Notes: generated by a model from the letters alone, not told the origin. Counted from the stretch's first letter, positions 11,897 through 25,418 are shown. The stretch is 64,000 bases of DNA from Felis catus (GCF_018350175.1 NC_058368.1:175958001-176022000); one strand, 5' to 3'. Numbers and translations: made by a program.

Positions 11897-11903
11897 ATAT
11901 CAT
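11821..11903. repeat. Compound (CCT)n/(CAC)n/(CAT)n microsatellite
   Basis: Direct inspection. Confidence 0.9.
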
Positions 11904-13029
11904 GATGAAGCTAAAGCCCAGGGAGACGAAGGGTTTGTCTGAAATCGCACAGCTGTAACCTGGGGCAAAACCAAGTCTCCACACATAAAACGGTGGGTTT
12001 TTCCATTTTATCACCCTGAGACAACATTATTGCCTGGGCCTAAAAGTTTACAGTGTGTCATGGAAAATATTTGAAATTATATGACTTTTCCACATTTCCA
12101 AATTAGAAGTCCAGTTCGATGCCCACGAGTCCTCAGCACAGAGCAAACTTCTCAGAGTTAGCATGTTAAAACCAAACCACAGTAAGCCTCTTTGCTCTCC
12201 ACATCTGAACCCGGAAGTCTCAGGGAGGATCACCGTGGAGCTGGGGACGGTCCAAAGAGCTCACCTAGAGGAGTGAGCACTGGAGCACTGCCCAGGTAGA
12301 TGACAGGACTTCTGTTCAGGAGGCTAAAGGCTGAAAGGAGAGTTCAGATCAACTGTGAAGGGAGTAGATAATAGTAATCACAAGGACCACATTTATTGAG
12401 CACTTAGTATGCCCCAGACACCATTTCAAGCACCTTACACCCATTGCCTTTTTAAAACCCCCAATCCTATGAAATAGGCAAAATTCTTATTCACCTGAAT
12501 GAGAAAGATGAGACCAAGGGATCTTTACGAACTCACTCCACAAGGAAGCCTCTTCACATCTCACTGCTAAGATCTAGCCCTACCAGGACACCAGCACGCC
12601 TCCCCGAATCTCTGAACCATCAGGCCGCCCCATGTTTCTTTCCATCTGAGATGCCTCTGCTCATCTCTGCGTACAGTAACCCCATTCATCCTTCAAGGCT
12701 TAGCAGGAATGTTATCACCTCAGACCTGCCCAGGAATAATTACCCATTTTGCCTTCTGACTCATTTGCCTGGCAGTTCAGCACTTGCCGTATCATATCAT
12801 AGTGAGTTGTGTATGAGTGTGGGTGTGTGTGGGTGTGTGCTTCTACACCAGCTCCAGAAGGGCCAGAATTGTGTTTTGCCTTGATATACGGCTTAGTATA
12901 TGTAAAAGATGGTCGATACAGTTTTGAGGATGTTTTTAGTGCCCTTGGCCACAGAGCGTGCACTTAGAGAAACTAGGCCACCAGCAATATGAATTTGCTC
13001 CTCAAATCCAAGAGCTCACATGGACTTGA

Positions 13030-13620
13030 AGAACATTCTCTCCAGAGTTGCCGATAGTTAAAATGGGCACAGGTACACAGTTTCCAACTAGTAATTTACC
13101 CTTATGGGTTCGCTGAACAGGTGTACCAAGGTGCATATACAAGGATGTCTGTGACAGCCTTGTTTATAATGGAAAAATGAGCCTAAGTGGCTGACTTAGG
13201 GAGGACTCGTGAAAGGTACCTCGGTAAAAGTATCTGGGTGCGCGTCTAAAACAAAATTCTGTGTTGCTTTAAAAATGATATGTACGCTTCAGTGTAGTGC
13301 CACGGGAAGCTGTCTGTGATGCATTCCTAACTGAAACAAAAGTAGGTTATAAAACAACCTCGTTAATATTATCTCACTTGGGTACACTTTCATATCTACA
13401 AACATCCACAGTTATGTTTAGGGAGGTTCTGAGGTGCTGAGTTCACCAAAATGAACGGTAATTATCTCTGTGTGAAGACACTTTGAGTAACTTTTACTTT
13501 CTTTTTATTCACTTATTCTGTATTCATTAAGCTTCTGGACTTCGAAATGCATTGTTTATATAATCAAAAAACAGCAAATGTATTTTCATTTGGGATGAAA
13601 AGTGTACATAACCTCAAAAG
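13030..13620 (+). mobile_element. Old L1M 3' fragment
   Basis: tatacaaggatgtctgtgacagccttgtttataatggaaaaatg...gtaattatctctg...ttttacttt. Confidence 0.55.
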
Positions 13621-13699
13621 ATGTTTTATAAATCCATGAGTGACAAGACTCCAAACTGCTTCCTGAAGAGCGTTAGGGACCATTAAATATGGAGGTCGC

Positions 13700-13935
13700 G
13701 GGGCGCCTGGGTGGCTTGGTCGGTTGAGCATCCGACTTCGGCTCAGGTCATGATCTCACGGTCCGTGGGTTCGAGCCCCGCGTCCGGCTCTGTGCTGACA
13801 GCTCAGAGCCTGGAGCCTGTTTCAGATTCTGTGTGTCCCTCTCTCTCTGCCCCTCCCCTGTTCATGCTCTGTTTCTCTCTGTCTCAAAAATAAATAAACG
13901 TTAAAAAAAAAATTATAAATAAATAAATAAATAAA
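13700..13935 (+). mobile_element. CAN-SINE
   Basis: 16-bp TSD taaatatggaggtcgc at 13684-13699 / 13936-13951. Confidence 0.95.
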
Positions 13936-14164
13936 TAAATATGGAGGTCGCTATCTCCTGCCTAGGAGTCCTAACTTCTCCATCTGGGAAATGGGTGCAA
14001 TGCTATTGTATTGCTCTGCCTATCCCACAGAGCTGCAGCCAGGAACCAATGGGTTTGAAACTCTTTTGAAAAATAAAAGGCACCAAACAGATGCAAAACA
14101 CAGATTATCTCGATAATTTAATCACTGCTTATTAAGAACTTGCAATAAACTACAAAAACATGTT

Positions 14165-14613
14165 CAGGAGTTGCAATCTCAAACCCCACTAGAGACCAGG
14201 GAGGTCAGAGAGACAAGCAAAGCGTCTGGAGTCTAGGACCACTGATCCCACAAGAGAAGCCTCAAATCTAGATTATATGAATTCTCAATTCTTAAATATT
14301 GACTCTTCATTTAAAAAATTTCAAATACTGAAACAGGGGGCGCAGGGGTAGCTTAATTGGTTAAACGTCTGACTTCGGCTCGGGTCATGATCTCACAGTT
14401 CATGGGTTCGGGCCCCACATCGGGCTCTGTGCTGACAGCTCAGAGCCTGGAGCCTGCTTCGGATTCTGTGTGTGTCTCTCTCTCTGCACCCCTCCCCCAC
14501 TCACACTCTGTCTCTGTCTCTCAGAAATGAATAAACTTAAAAAAATTTTTTTTTTCAAACATTGTGCACTCAGAATAAAGCACAGCCCAAAAAACTCACG
14601 TTTGCAACTTCTG
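14165..14613. mobile_element. hAT-type MITE interrupted by a SINE
   Basis: Terminal inverted repeats caggagttgcaatc (14165) / gtttgcaacttctg (14600-14613); no matching TSD seen. Confidence 0.45.
14337..14555 (+). mobile_element. CAN-SINE
   Basis: SINEC body, CT tract and tail. Confidence 0.92.
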
Positions 14614-16049
14614 GTATATATTCCTCTAACTTAACAGAAAGGTCTAGAATTAAATAGTTTATCTCTAGTCCACAGACATAGCTACACGCAATCATGCAAA
14701 GAGTGATGGACCTCCTGAATTACAGAGAAAGGTCCGTTTATGTGCAGTCTAACTTCAGAGTTAGATGTTTTCTTGCACTCTTGTTTTGATAGTTTTTAGA
14801 TGACATAAAAAAAAAAATTCAACTGTTAACCAGAACATTCAACTAACCAAAACACTTCACAAATCCCAATCATGCCAAATGACAGAATCCTACATACACT
14901 GTGCATTATATTTATGTTTGTATATGTGTGTGTCCATGTATTTATAGATGTGTATGGTCAAAGACATCTACACCAAGAGTATGTTTCAAAGCCAAAGAGA
15001 GCACATTAGTCCTTTCGGGGAAAAAAAGCTCTGTTTTTCATTCTTAATCTCAATCTGAAAGGTATTAGGTGAACATGGTTAAATACAATATTAATGAGGC
15101 TCCACCTCCAATTATAAGGTTAAACCTGGATTGCTTCCAACATCATGTTGAGATACAGGAAAATGCTCCCAAATAATTTATATACATTTGTGTATACAAG
15201 GATATGCTTATATTTTTTATATGTAATAACACACACATATATATATGGATAGATGCACAGATTAGTGGATTTAAAGACAGTTTATACAAATATACCTAAT
15301 CTACAAAAAAGAGAATGAGGTTATAGATATGGAAAAGGAAGGCGGAGGGGCAGGAGGTTTCGAGGGAAGTTCACGCATGAGACTGGAGGTGCCAGCCCTA
15401 CACGATCATGGGCTCCAGGCTACAAGTTCAGCTCTAGGCAGTCAAAACAAAAGGGGTGCTATTCATCCCTTATCCCCAATGTATCACCATTACAACCGAC
15501 TATCTTAGCTCTCCTGGTGACAAAACTAGCTGAAACAATCCCTCCTATGATTCGAAGCTAAAAATGATGGATCAACTAAAAATATTCTGAAGGAATTAGA
15601 AATAGAAGGGCAAAAACCTTGCTATGTTCCTTTACTCAGCACCCTAAGACTGTCTATACCCAGTTATGGAACTGTCCGCTGACTTATTTTTTACCCCAAG
15701 ACAGGTTCCTAGGCACACACACTAATCATCCACCCGCTTTCAAAACTACAATTAAAAAAAAAAAAAAATAGGAAAGATTCCATTTTAAACTAAGCCAGCC
15801 TTTAATACATGCGAAGGACAAACAGTCCCAAAATACTCCTGCCTACACCTCTTCATCTCCACACCCACCAGCTCGGGAGGGCTGGTCAGTGTTCACCTAC
15901 CTCTTCAGGATCCCAGGACTCTAATGAAAGCCCCTTTGCTGCTTCTACCAAAATACCACGCTGTGGTGTTCAAGAACAGGGAAAGGGGGTGCCAAGCAGG
16001 AGAGACATCTGAGAAGTGTGGGCAGCAGTGAAAAGTCCCTTTCAGGGAG

Positions 16050-16410
16050 TTCAATGAGCTGAACTGTGGGCCCCCCAAATCTGTACGTGAAAGTCCTACC
16101 CCCTAGTACCTCAGAATAGGACTGTATCCAGAGATGGGGCTTTAACAAAGTAATTAAATTAAACTGAAGTTATTAGGGTGGGCCCTAATCCAATATGGCT
16201 GGGGTCCTTAGAAGAGATTAGGACAGAGACACATGCACAGACGAAGACCATGTGAGGACACAGGGAGAAGACAGGCATCTATAAGCCAAGGAGAGAGGTC
16301 TCAGAATGAAACCAGCCTGCTGACACTTGGGCTGGGACTTCCAGCCTCCAGAACTGTGAGGAAATACATTTCTGTTGCTTAAACCACCCTGTCTGTGGTA
16401 CTTTCAATGC
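16050..16410 (+). mobile_element. MLT1A/B solo LTR
   Basis: agggtgggccctaatccaatatggctgg...ggacttccagcctccagaactgtgag...tgtggtactt...ctagcaaattaatgca. Confidence 0.85.
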
Positions 16411-16486
16411 AATCCTAGCAAATTAATGCAGGGAGATTTTTTTTTTTTTTTTAAGAATAAACAACTTGATATTGGGAAAACCATCT

Positions 16487-16686
16487 CTTTTTTTTTTTAA
16501 GGTTTATTTATTTTTGAGAGAGACAGAGAAACCATGCAAAATGGGGGAGGGGCAGAGAGAGAGGGGGACAGAGGATCCGAAGCAGGCTCAGCAGAGAGCC
16601 CGACACAGGGCTCAAACTCACAAACCTCAAGATCATGACCTGAGCCGAAGTCGGATGCTCAACTGACTGAGCCACCCATGTGCCCC
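16487..16686 (-). mobile_element. CAN-SINE (older, internally shortened)
   Basis: SINEC body; degenerate TSD ggaaaaccatct / ggaaagtcatct. Confidence 0.9.
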
Positions 16687-17039
16687 AGGAAAGTCATCTT
16701 GATGAGAGGCCCTTCCTGAAGGAAGAGAACTCTTGAAGGAGGAAAGACAGTCTCCTGTGTATATATTGGGGCTATACATTCTCACTCCATCCTTAAAATT
16801 TTGTTCCATTTTAGTGCTTTTCATGTGAAACTGGTTTTCTTATCTGTTTGTCCAGCCTTAGAAGTCTGCCGACCACAAAATCTCAACAGTCATTTTGTAC
16901 TATCTTAATGATGCCTGCCTGGTGTAACTCAAGTGAATGTTCACCAATGGGCTGGCAAGATGGAAAGGCGGGACTGGTCAGGATGGAGACAGGGCTGGTG
17001 AGAAAGCAAGGGCATCTGGGAAGTGCGAGCAGGTGGACA

Positions 17040-17245
17040 CAGCAATAGCATTTATCAGCGGTTTACCATAACCCAGGTACCCATGGGTACCTGATGTCAC
17101 CGCATTCAATCATGTTGCCCTGTAAGTGTGAAAATGGACATGATAAGGTTACATGGTTTGCCCAGGGCCACATACTCAGTGGTGGAGGCAGGATGCGGAC
17201 CCAGCCAGTTTGATTCCAAAGCCTATACCCTTAACCCTCATCACT
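17040..17245 (-). mobile_element. MIR
   Basis: ttgcccagggccacatactcagtggtggaggcaggatgcggacccagccagtttgattccaaagcc. Confidence 0.65.
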
Positions 17246-17279
17246 CAGTGAACTCCCCTCCTTTCCTGAATGGCTTCAC

Positions 17280-17680
17280 TGAACTCGCTCAGCTATGACA
17301 GAAGTGCAGCTTAAACGCTCACAACTTGGAAAGAGGGGTGGATCCCAAGGCAGTATTAAATCCACGACTCCAGTAAGTCATCCGCACACTTTCTCTCTCT
17401 CCCCTGCTTCTCTCTGAATGTTGGCCACGTTTGTCCTAGCAGTGATGGGCCCTCCACACAATGGGGGAGATGACCATGAGCAGCCCCAAGTTCACACCAC
17501 ACCACACGGCAAGCCTAGGGAGGCAGGCATTCCCACCAGTGCCAAGAGAGTCACGTGACCAGTCCAGAGCCAATGACTGTCACTGGGCAATTATTTGATT
17601 GTCCAGACTTGGGCCATGTGTCCACACCGGTGGCCAGGGCTGCAACAGGACACCAGATGGCAGGGTTTGTTCCCAGGAGA
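17280..17680 (-). mobile_element. Old MLT1 (J/K-like) LTR
   Basis: gagccaatgactgt...tgattgtccagacttgggccatgtgtccac. Confidence 0.5.
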
Positions 17681-18022
17681 AGGGAAAGGGGGACACCTAG
17701 CATTCGCTCCCCAAAATCCAAATACCTGCATCCCTGCTGAAGCTTCAGCCAAGCAGGTGAAGTGTTTGCCCAAAGTGACGCAACTTGGAAGGAAGAGAGC
17801 TGGTCGTCCAGGCTGTAGAAAGCTATGAAAGAAGTGCTGGTGTGTGAAGCCTTCCAGGTGCAGAATATTCTAGAACACTAACGACTTTTGTGTAAAAAGG
17901 GAGAAATTAGAGTGCATGCAGGACTTCTTACTATATACCTCTGCATGTTGCTTTTATATTCTTTTACCATCTGAGAGTATTACCAGTTTTTAAAATACAA
18001 GTTACATTAAAAATAAAGCCGA

Positions 18023-18252
18023 GGGGCGCCTGGGTGGCGCAGTCGGTTAAGTGTCCGACTTCAGCCAGGTCACGATCTCGCGGTCCGTGAGTTCGAGCCC
18101 CGCGTCAGGCTCTGGGCTGATGGCTCAGAGCCTGGAGCCTGTTTCCGATTCTGTGTCTCCCTCTCTCTCTGCCCCTCCCCCGTTCATGCTCTCTCTCTGT
18201 CCCAAAAATAAATAAACGTTGAAAAAAAAATTTTAAAAAAAAAATAAATAAA
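18023..18252 (+). mobile_element. Young CAN-SINE (SINEC_Fc)
   Basis: TSD taaaaataaagccga at 18008-18022 / 18253-18267; CpGs largely intact. Confidence 0.95.
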
Positions 18253-18439
18253 TAAAAATAAAGCCGAAATATTACCCACAGAAAAAAGATTGGAAGGAAA
18301 TAGGTCAAAATAACCGTGTCTTTTGTATGTTAAGCCTAAGCATACGTTTTTCTTTGAACCTATTTACCAAATTTCCTAAAATGAACTTGTATTGTTCTTC
18401 ACAATAAAAGAAAATAAACTTAGAAAAACCTAAACTAAA

Positions 18440-18590
18440 GGGGCGCCTGGGTGGCTCAGTCGGTTAAGCATCCGACTTCAGCTCAGGTCATGATCTCACG
18501 ATTCGTGGGTTTGAGCCCCGTGTCGGGCTCTGCACTGACAGCTTGGAGCATGCTTTGGATCCTGTCTCCCTCTTTCCCTGCCCTTCCCCT

Positions 18591-18625
<35 letters not shown>

Positions 18626-18660
18626 ACTACACATCTTAAAAGATAAATTTAAAAAATTTT
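18440..18660 (+). mobile_element. CAN-SINE
   Basis: TSD aaacctaaactaaa at 18426-18439 / 18661-18674. Confidence 0.95.
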
Positions 18661-19214
18661 AAACCTAAACTAAAAAAAAATAATAAATGCAGCCACATGA
18701 CATATGAAGCAAAAACTGTAATTCTGACACTATCGTACTAATTTATTTTTCATTCCCTGTAGATCAAGTTGCCCTGCAGCTCCCCGCCCCCAATCACTGC
18801 TTCAGAGGGGCCAAGCAATTGCTAAGCTTGTGAGTTTCGAACAAGATTTGTAATAGCAGCAGCAAGAAAACCATTTTGAAAGTCAAGCTTTGTTGAGAAG
18901 AGGAATTTCTAAATCCCAGACTGCTTCCCCTGCAAGGAACAACGCAGGGTGGTCTGAACATATTAGCTGTATTTAGAGAAAAGTTGGTATTGGATGGAGC
19001 GGGCGGGGGGGGGGGGGTCTCCAGGTTTCCGCTCCAGCAGGAAGGAGGAAAAGCCTTCTGGTCTGAAGGGTGGCGCTGAGGACCAGCAGACGGGCCTACA
19101 TGGATGTGCCCGAGCTCTGAAGGACCCAGCAGCCCCACCCCTCCCCAGGCCTTGGCCAGGGGGCCAGCAAGGGCCCAACAAGAAAAGTCCAGATATACAG
19201 AGGGGAAGGGAATG

Positions 19215-19568
19215 GCTATCGGCAGTATTTATGTCCCCCCAAATTCATATATTTAAGTCTCAACCCCCCATACCTCAACACGTAATTGTATTTGGAAATA
19301 GGTCTTTAAGTGGTAACTGTGTTAAAATGAGGCTATTAGAATAATCTAATCCCTAATCCAATCTGACCAGTATCCTTGTAAGAAGAGGAAGAGTCAGGGG
19401 CACATGGGTGGCTTAGTCGGTTAAGTCCGACTCTTAGTTTCAGCTCAGGTCACAATCTCACAGTTTTTGTGGGTTAGAGCCCCGTGTCGGGCTCCATGCT
19501 GTGTCAGGATGGAGCCTGCTTGGAATTCTCTCTCCCTCTCTCTCTGCCCATACCCCACTCATGTTCAT

Positions 19569-19603
<35 letters not shown>

Positions 19604-19755
19604 ATAAAGAAACTTTAAAAAAATTTAAAAACAGAAAAAGAAGAGGAAGAACCAATGGGATGTCAGTGAACAGAGGCATGACCCTCTGAAGACACAGGGA
19701 GAAGGCTGCCATTTGCAGCCCAAGGAGAGAGGCCACAGGAGAAACCAAGCGAAAC
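19215..19755 (+). mobile_element. MLT1A/B LTR interrupted by a CAN-SINE (19397-19637)
   Basis: tatgtcccccaaattcatat...ccctaatccaatctgacc...cagcccaaggagagaggcc; repeated aagaagaggaaga flanks the SINE. Confidence 0.8.
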
Positions 19756-21459
19756 AGAAATGTCACCTGGCGTGGTCAGGTGCTCTGAGAATGAGTATCG
19801 GTGAATCCACACTGGCCCGCAAGGTGGGGCCAGGCTGCATCAATACGCTGGCACCCCACCACCACAGGAAATGGAGACATCACAGAACTCACTAGCGGGT
19901 GCTGGAATGACTGACAAACTGACCGGAAAGGGTGAGGAAACCTACCTCCCTTGGCCTGACCCAGTCAGGGCACCAGGGACCAGGCCGGATCAGCCATGCC
20001 GCAGCAGGGCCCGGGGGGGAGGGGGGGGCGGTGGCAGCAGGAAGCACCCCCACTCCCCACGCAGCCACGATGCTATGCGAGCATCCCCTAGAACGCAGGG
20101 CCCCCAGGGGCAAAGGGAAGGATGGCACAAGAGAAAAAAATCTCTGAAAGACTATTTCTCCCAGAGAGACGGTTTTCACTCCGAAGCATTTAAGTTACCT
20201 TTAACTGACGAGTTTGAGGGTTCTCCACCAAATGTTTTTTGCACCTCTGAATTGTTGCGGATTCATTTCCAGCTAAGCATGGCGTTTCTGATGGTGACAA
20301 GTCATCCATAAATGAGACAGCAAGAAAAATGACCTAAACTTGGTCCGAGCAGTGAATTAGCCTAAGGCATCGCAGCATAGAATGTGAGCTGTCTCGACAT
20401 CCGTTCAACTGAGTGGAGTTTCACGAGCCCTAAAGATGCTCGGGTAGCATGCACCCTCTCTTGAAATGTGGCACGGACCCCGCAAGCCACACTGGATGAG
20501 GCTCTGGTCTGTCTCACCAGAGGGTGAGTTCCAGTCTAAAGGCTTGGAGGTCTTCCCGCTTTTTTTCCATTTTTAAAAGAGCAGATGTTCTCCTGGGGAA
20601 GAGATATTTAGCTACCCAAACAAATCAGAGAAGTGGAAGAACGGAAAGAAGCCAGGCGTCTGCCTGCCACCGTGGCGGTGCCCAAAGGAATCACATTAGC
20701 CGGAGGGGAACACCCGGCCCCCGGGGAGGGCCTCGCTGCCTGGCACCGCTCCTGTCCTGAGCAAATGACAAATACGACCCTCTTTGTTCTGGTTCTCGAT
20801 GTGAAGGACGGTCTGTGGGGTTATTTGTCTAGTTTGTTGACTCTCATAAAAGACATTCATAAATTTATTCTTAGTGCCAGGGGTGCTTACGGGTGTCAAA
20901 GTGGAGTCTTTTCAGACAGTTGCCCCGTGTTAAAACAAGCCACTCAGATGCATCTATAAATAATTGTCTGGGCTTCGTGTAGCTAACAAATGGCTTTTTC
21001 TCTCTCTCCTCTCTTTTTAAAATCAACTCTAAAATGATTTCATAAACAACGGGAGGAATTTCCCATTAATATTAAAGTGTGTCTGGGTTGGTCATTTTAA
21101 TAGAACTTTCCAGAGGGAACAAGCAGTCCTTCCCTCTTGTCCATGTGAAACCTGTTCCCTTTTCAGAACAAGACATTTGGCAGCCCGGTCTCACGAGGAC
21201 CAGTCACAGCTCCCAACCTCCTCCCCCCTCCCTATCCCGTGTCCATCTCGTTCACTGCTTTGGCCAAAAAGGAGGAGCTCCGTGAGTCTGTGGAGAGCAG
21301 CAGCCCGAGCCAGTCAGGAGAACATATCACCACCCCGAGGCCCTCAGTGTTTCCACCCTGACCTCAGATCTCCAGAATTTTACTTTTCAGGCTATTGCCC
21401 ATCTAGGAAAGAAAGGCAGAAATTATGGCTGTCTCCATTTCGTCGATATACCAGAACTG

Positions 21460-21830
21460 CCCCGGGCCAGCTTTCTGCAAATAACAGTGTCTTTTTAAAA
21501 AAAAAAAGATCGAAATGTCTTTCTCTTTTACATACAAGGAAAAGGGTTGGTGTGCTGGCTCTACCTTGTCACCTTCTGTCTTTGGACTTCACCATCCTCA
21601 GCATATCACCTCATGGTCCAAGATGGTTGCTCAAGTCCAGCCATCATGTCTGCATTCCAAGCAGCCAGGAGAAAAAAGAGATGCATAGGATTTCCTCCCA
21701 TTTATGGTCACTTCCTGATTTACCAGGCGATACTCCTTATACTCCACTGGGCAGAATGTAGTCAGATGGTCTGGCCTAGCTGCAAGGGAGGCTGGCACTC
21801 GGTAGGCAGCAGGTCCTGAGAGGGAGGATG
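21460..21830 (-). mobile_element. Old MLT1 LTR
   Basis: ctcatggtccaagatggttgctc...ccatcatgtctgcattccaagcag...cctagctgcaagggaggctgg. Confidence 0.65.
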
Positions 21831-22769
21831 GGCACTGGGAGGCCACTACCATCTCAGCCTCAGCAGTGACTACCCCCGGTCACCTCCCATAGAGCCTTCC
21901 CGTGCCTACACTCCAACTCCTACACAGTCCTGTCTGTTCTTTTTCTAAAGAATTTCAGTTCTCATATCCCTCTCTTGAAAATTCACCTGCTACTCTTTAC
22001 TTTCTCCGAGTTGGATTCCAAGAGGTTGGACCACCAGACTGAATTCAAACGTGGTTCTCAGCTGGTCAGGACCACAAGTCGTCTTAAACTCCCGTCCCAT
22101 GAGCCTCCTCCTGTGCTCTGAACGTCTTATAACAGGCATGGAAACTGCCCCAGGAGGATCCCTAGAAGTGCAACTTGAAAGCAAAACTTCAGTCTCGCTT
22201 CATTCCTGCTTCATTCAGGGATCAACACAAATCTTCCAGCCTTTATGGTCCCCCCTAGGGAAGGTGCCAAAAGCCAGGGGGAGGGCAAAGCCACTCTGGC
22301 TGGGATTAACAGTGAGCCCCATTGACGGGTGAAGCCGCGACCTGGACGAGACCCGCAGACCTTGTGGACGTCCTGCTCCTCAGGTCCAACCTGGATTCTA
22401 AGGCCAACCACAGCTTGGACCCCACACCTCGTCTGAGAGCCCAGACACGGCCCCTGCCTTGCCACGTGGGATTTCAGCAGACCACACGTGGCCTGTGTTA
22501 GCTGACCTCCTGGTGCCCTGCTGCCCTTCTGGGCCACTCCACTAGTCCAGCTCAGAACCTGCCGGCTCCACCACACCAGCGTCATTACTGACAGTGACAA
22601 AGGCTATCGAGCATCAAGCGTCAGAACAATGTCCTCTGCGTGAAATGCCTGAGCCACTGCCGTGGGTCCCATGAGTAGAATGAGTAGTAAAAGAATATCC
22701 CAGCAGTCGTCATAGAAAGATAAAGTAAGAAAACTACAAGTAGGAATGGTAAGGAAAAACAAGTCCTAA

Positions 22770-23045
22770 AGCAGCGTTTCTTCAATTTCATTCAATGAAA
22801 TACCGGTCCCATGCAATATTGATAGGTGTTTCTACCCCTAAAAGCATGGTTAGCCAAGTTTGGAAATTGCTGCCACTGGAGATTCGTACCTTAGCAAATT
22901 AAAGGCTCTGAGAAGGCCTGCAGTAAAAAGCTGTTCATTTCCCTATTTGGCTCATCATTTCCTTAACCATTTAACTATCGCTTTTCCTTCTGGAATGTCT
23001 ATTACTGCCTCGTGAAACCAATGTTCACCAGAATATGGAATCCTA
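22770..23045. mobile_element. hAT-Charlie DNA transposon remnant (Charlie4-like)
   Basis: cagcgtttct...attaaaggctctgagaaggcctgcagtaaa. Confidence 0.55.
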
Positions 23046-23074
23046 CAGTAATGCACTCAGGGCCACAGCTACTC

Positions 23075-23320
23075 CTCTGGTTCTGAAATCCAAACCACCA
23101 GCATTCAAATCTCTGCTCTGGCACTTTTTAGGGATATGACCTCGGGCATATTACTAAATATCTTTGTGCTTTGATTTCCTTCTCCATAAAAAGGGGATAA
23201 TAAGAGCACCTGCTCCCTAGAGTGGTTGTGAGGACTAAGTAAGTTAATGCACATGGAATGCTTAGACAGGTTGGAATAAATGTCAGTGGTGATGATGACG
23301 ATGGTGAGGGTGATAATTAC
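23075..23320 (+). mobile_element. MIR
   Basis: ttcaaatctctgctctggcactt...tgacctcgggca...ggataataagagcacct...gttgtgaggactaagt. Confidence 0.75.
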
Positions 23321-24399
23321 AACTCTGTATACTGGAACCCTTCCCCCAGTTCATATGTATATTTCATCCAGGGGTCAAGATTCTGATTAAAATCACCAAT
23401 ATGCTTCCAACATCCAACACAGGGCCTCAATGCTCCAAAAACGCTTGTTGAATGACTAACCAAATGGAAACTGGAATCACGAAGCAACAGACCCTTTGGA
23501 GAGTAGCTACAGGTGCAAAGCAAAGCAGAACTTCCCCCAAGGAAAAGAGCCACAGTTGTCTCCCCGAACATCCATACAGACCCCTAACGACCACCTAGAG
23601 AATGGGACAGGAACACCATGTCTCAGGCACTCTCTCCCATGAGCTGGAATGGCACATGGGCACCTTTGTATTTTATTCAGAACCAATTTATTGATCTACC
23701 ACGTGGCCTGGGATAGGGTTCCGGTGGTTAATTGAGCCATTCAGATCCTTGGTTACAGACAGGGTCAGCAGCTAGAGAGAGACAGAACACGTCGGCCAAA
23801 AGCAGAAGCGGTGACGTGAGGACGAGTCAAGTGACAGCAGCAGGTGCTGTGGGAACCCAGAGAGAACCACCAAAGTGTAGCCACGGCCTTTGACAAGATT
23901 CCAGCCACAACACAGAAGTGTGTCCAGGAAGTCTCCCCTTCCTTGCACCAATTCCTGCTTCCTCCCCAGCACTTCATACCCTCTTGTCCTGTTTTTTAGA
24001 CTTCTATGTGCATATCTATGCATTAACACACCCATCACACACGTGCCCATATTTTCCTTCAATGGAGATAAAGCTCACTCAGGCCCTGAATCCCCTAACT
24101 AGCCGGGGCTCAGTCCTGCCATGGGGAATGGAGGAGGGAGCCTTGCCCAGTGTGTGGGCTAACACAGCAGGAGGAAGCCCAGGGGAAACATGGGGAGCCC
24201 CTGCTGAGCGTGCAGGAGTCAAGAGACATCTCTCCTCCCACAGAGCCTGACCCTGGATCCCCATTCTGTGTCATTAAAGCTAATGAACTCCCAGACTCCC
24301 ACTGTGCGGCCCTACCCCACCCTGCTACCCTCCTGGCCCACCTCCTTCCACACGCAGACCCTGTCATTCACTTGGCTCCCTTCATCTGACCTCCTTTCT

Positions 24400-24780
24400 C
24401 AGAACATTCCAGAGGCTTTCCCAACTCAGAGATTTCTCACTGGCTGTTCCCTCTGCCTGAGACACTTTTTGCCCAGATGGCCACCTTCCTCCTTCAAGTC
24501 CCTGCTCCAACCCTGCCTCCCAGGGAGGCCCTCCCTTGGCACTGACTAGCCACCCCGGGCCCCTCCCCGGGCCCCAGCCTTTCCCCTTTCCACAGCACTT
24601 AGCATCTTTTCATAGGTGAGGTCATTGGTGTAGTTGTTAGGTTTATCATTTACTACCTGAACCCTATGAAGGCAGCACCTTAGCCTATTTTGATCACCAG
24701 TGTATCTCAAGTACCTACAGCACTCTTCTGATCTCTAACAGGCACTCGGTAAAAATTACATGAACGAACACAGGGATGGA
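24400..24780 (+). mobile_element. LINE-2 3' end
   Basis: gctgttccctctgcctgag...tccttcaagtccctgctc...cagtgtatctcaagtacctacag...aggcactcggtaaa. Confidence 0.7.
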
Positions 24781-24994
24781 TGGGCTCCAGGCAAGGAGTG
24801 ATGTGTTACAACTTAGGCCAAACAGGATTTCTTGCAGTCACAAATAATAAGGGCTGAAGTGATTTCATCCGGATATTAAAGAAAGAGGTAAAAATTTGGG
24901 TCACTGAGCTGGAGAAAGGGGTATCTAGAGAGTGATATTCCCCAAATCTGACAGTGACTTCCTCTGGGGCTGAGAATTTGAGTAATTTGCCTTT

Positions 24995-25175
24995 TATGTT
25001 TCACATATGTGTAAAATAAATGTAAGTATAAATATATGTAATAATATATGATCGATAATACAAATATTATCTTTTATATTTCATATATATTTAAAATATA
25101 TATGTGTAAGTTTATATAAGTGAAATGTTATTTGATGTTATAATATTCTTATATATAACTTTTATAATATTAAGT
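24995..25175. repeat. AT-rich low-complexity tract
   Basis: Degenerate (TA)n-rich sequence. Confidence 0.7.
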
Positions 25176-25418
25176 TGAAAAGGTAAAGTGATTGAATGCA
25201 CACAGCAAACCATTCCAGGAGACTCTGGCCCCTCAGATCTGAGCCCCTGGTTCCAGCCTCCAAAGTCAGGGACAGGTCACCATGAGCATGAAGGGAGGGC
25301 AAGAGGTCCTTGAGGTGCAACCACACAGTCCCCAGTGCCTGGCTTTGGGGCCTGAGCCCCAGCATGAACCTAGTCTCCTCTCCTAGTAACAGAGCCCTGA
25401 TGTTCCTTGGGAAAGTTT

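Noticed and set aside
19001..19018. G-runs (also 20013-20028 and 50437-50460) as G-quadruplexes
   Set aside because: Simple homopolymers, common in this genome and error-prone in assembly.
21177..21761. 194-aa ORF
   Set aside because: Runs into an MLT1 LTR; non-ATG start; no homology.
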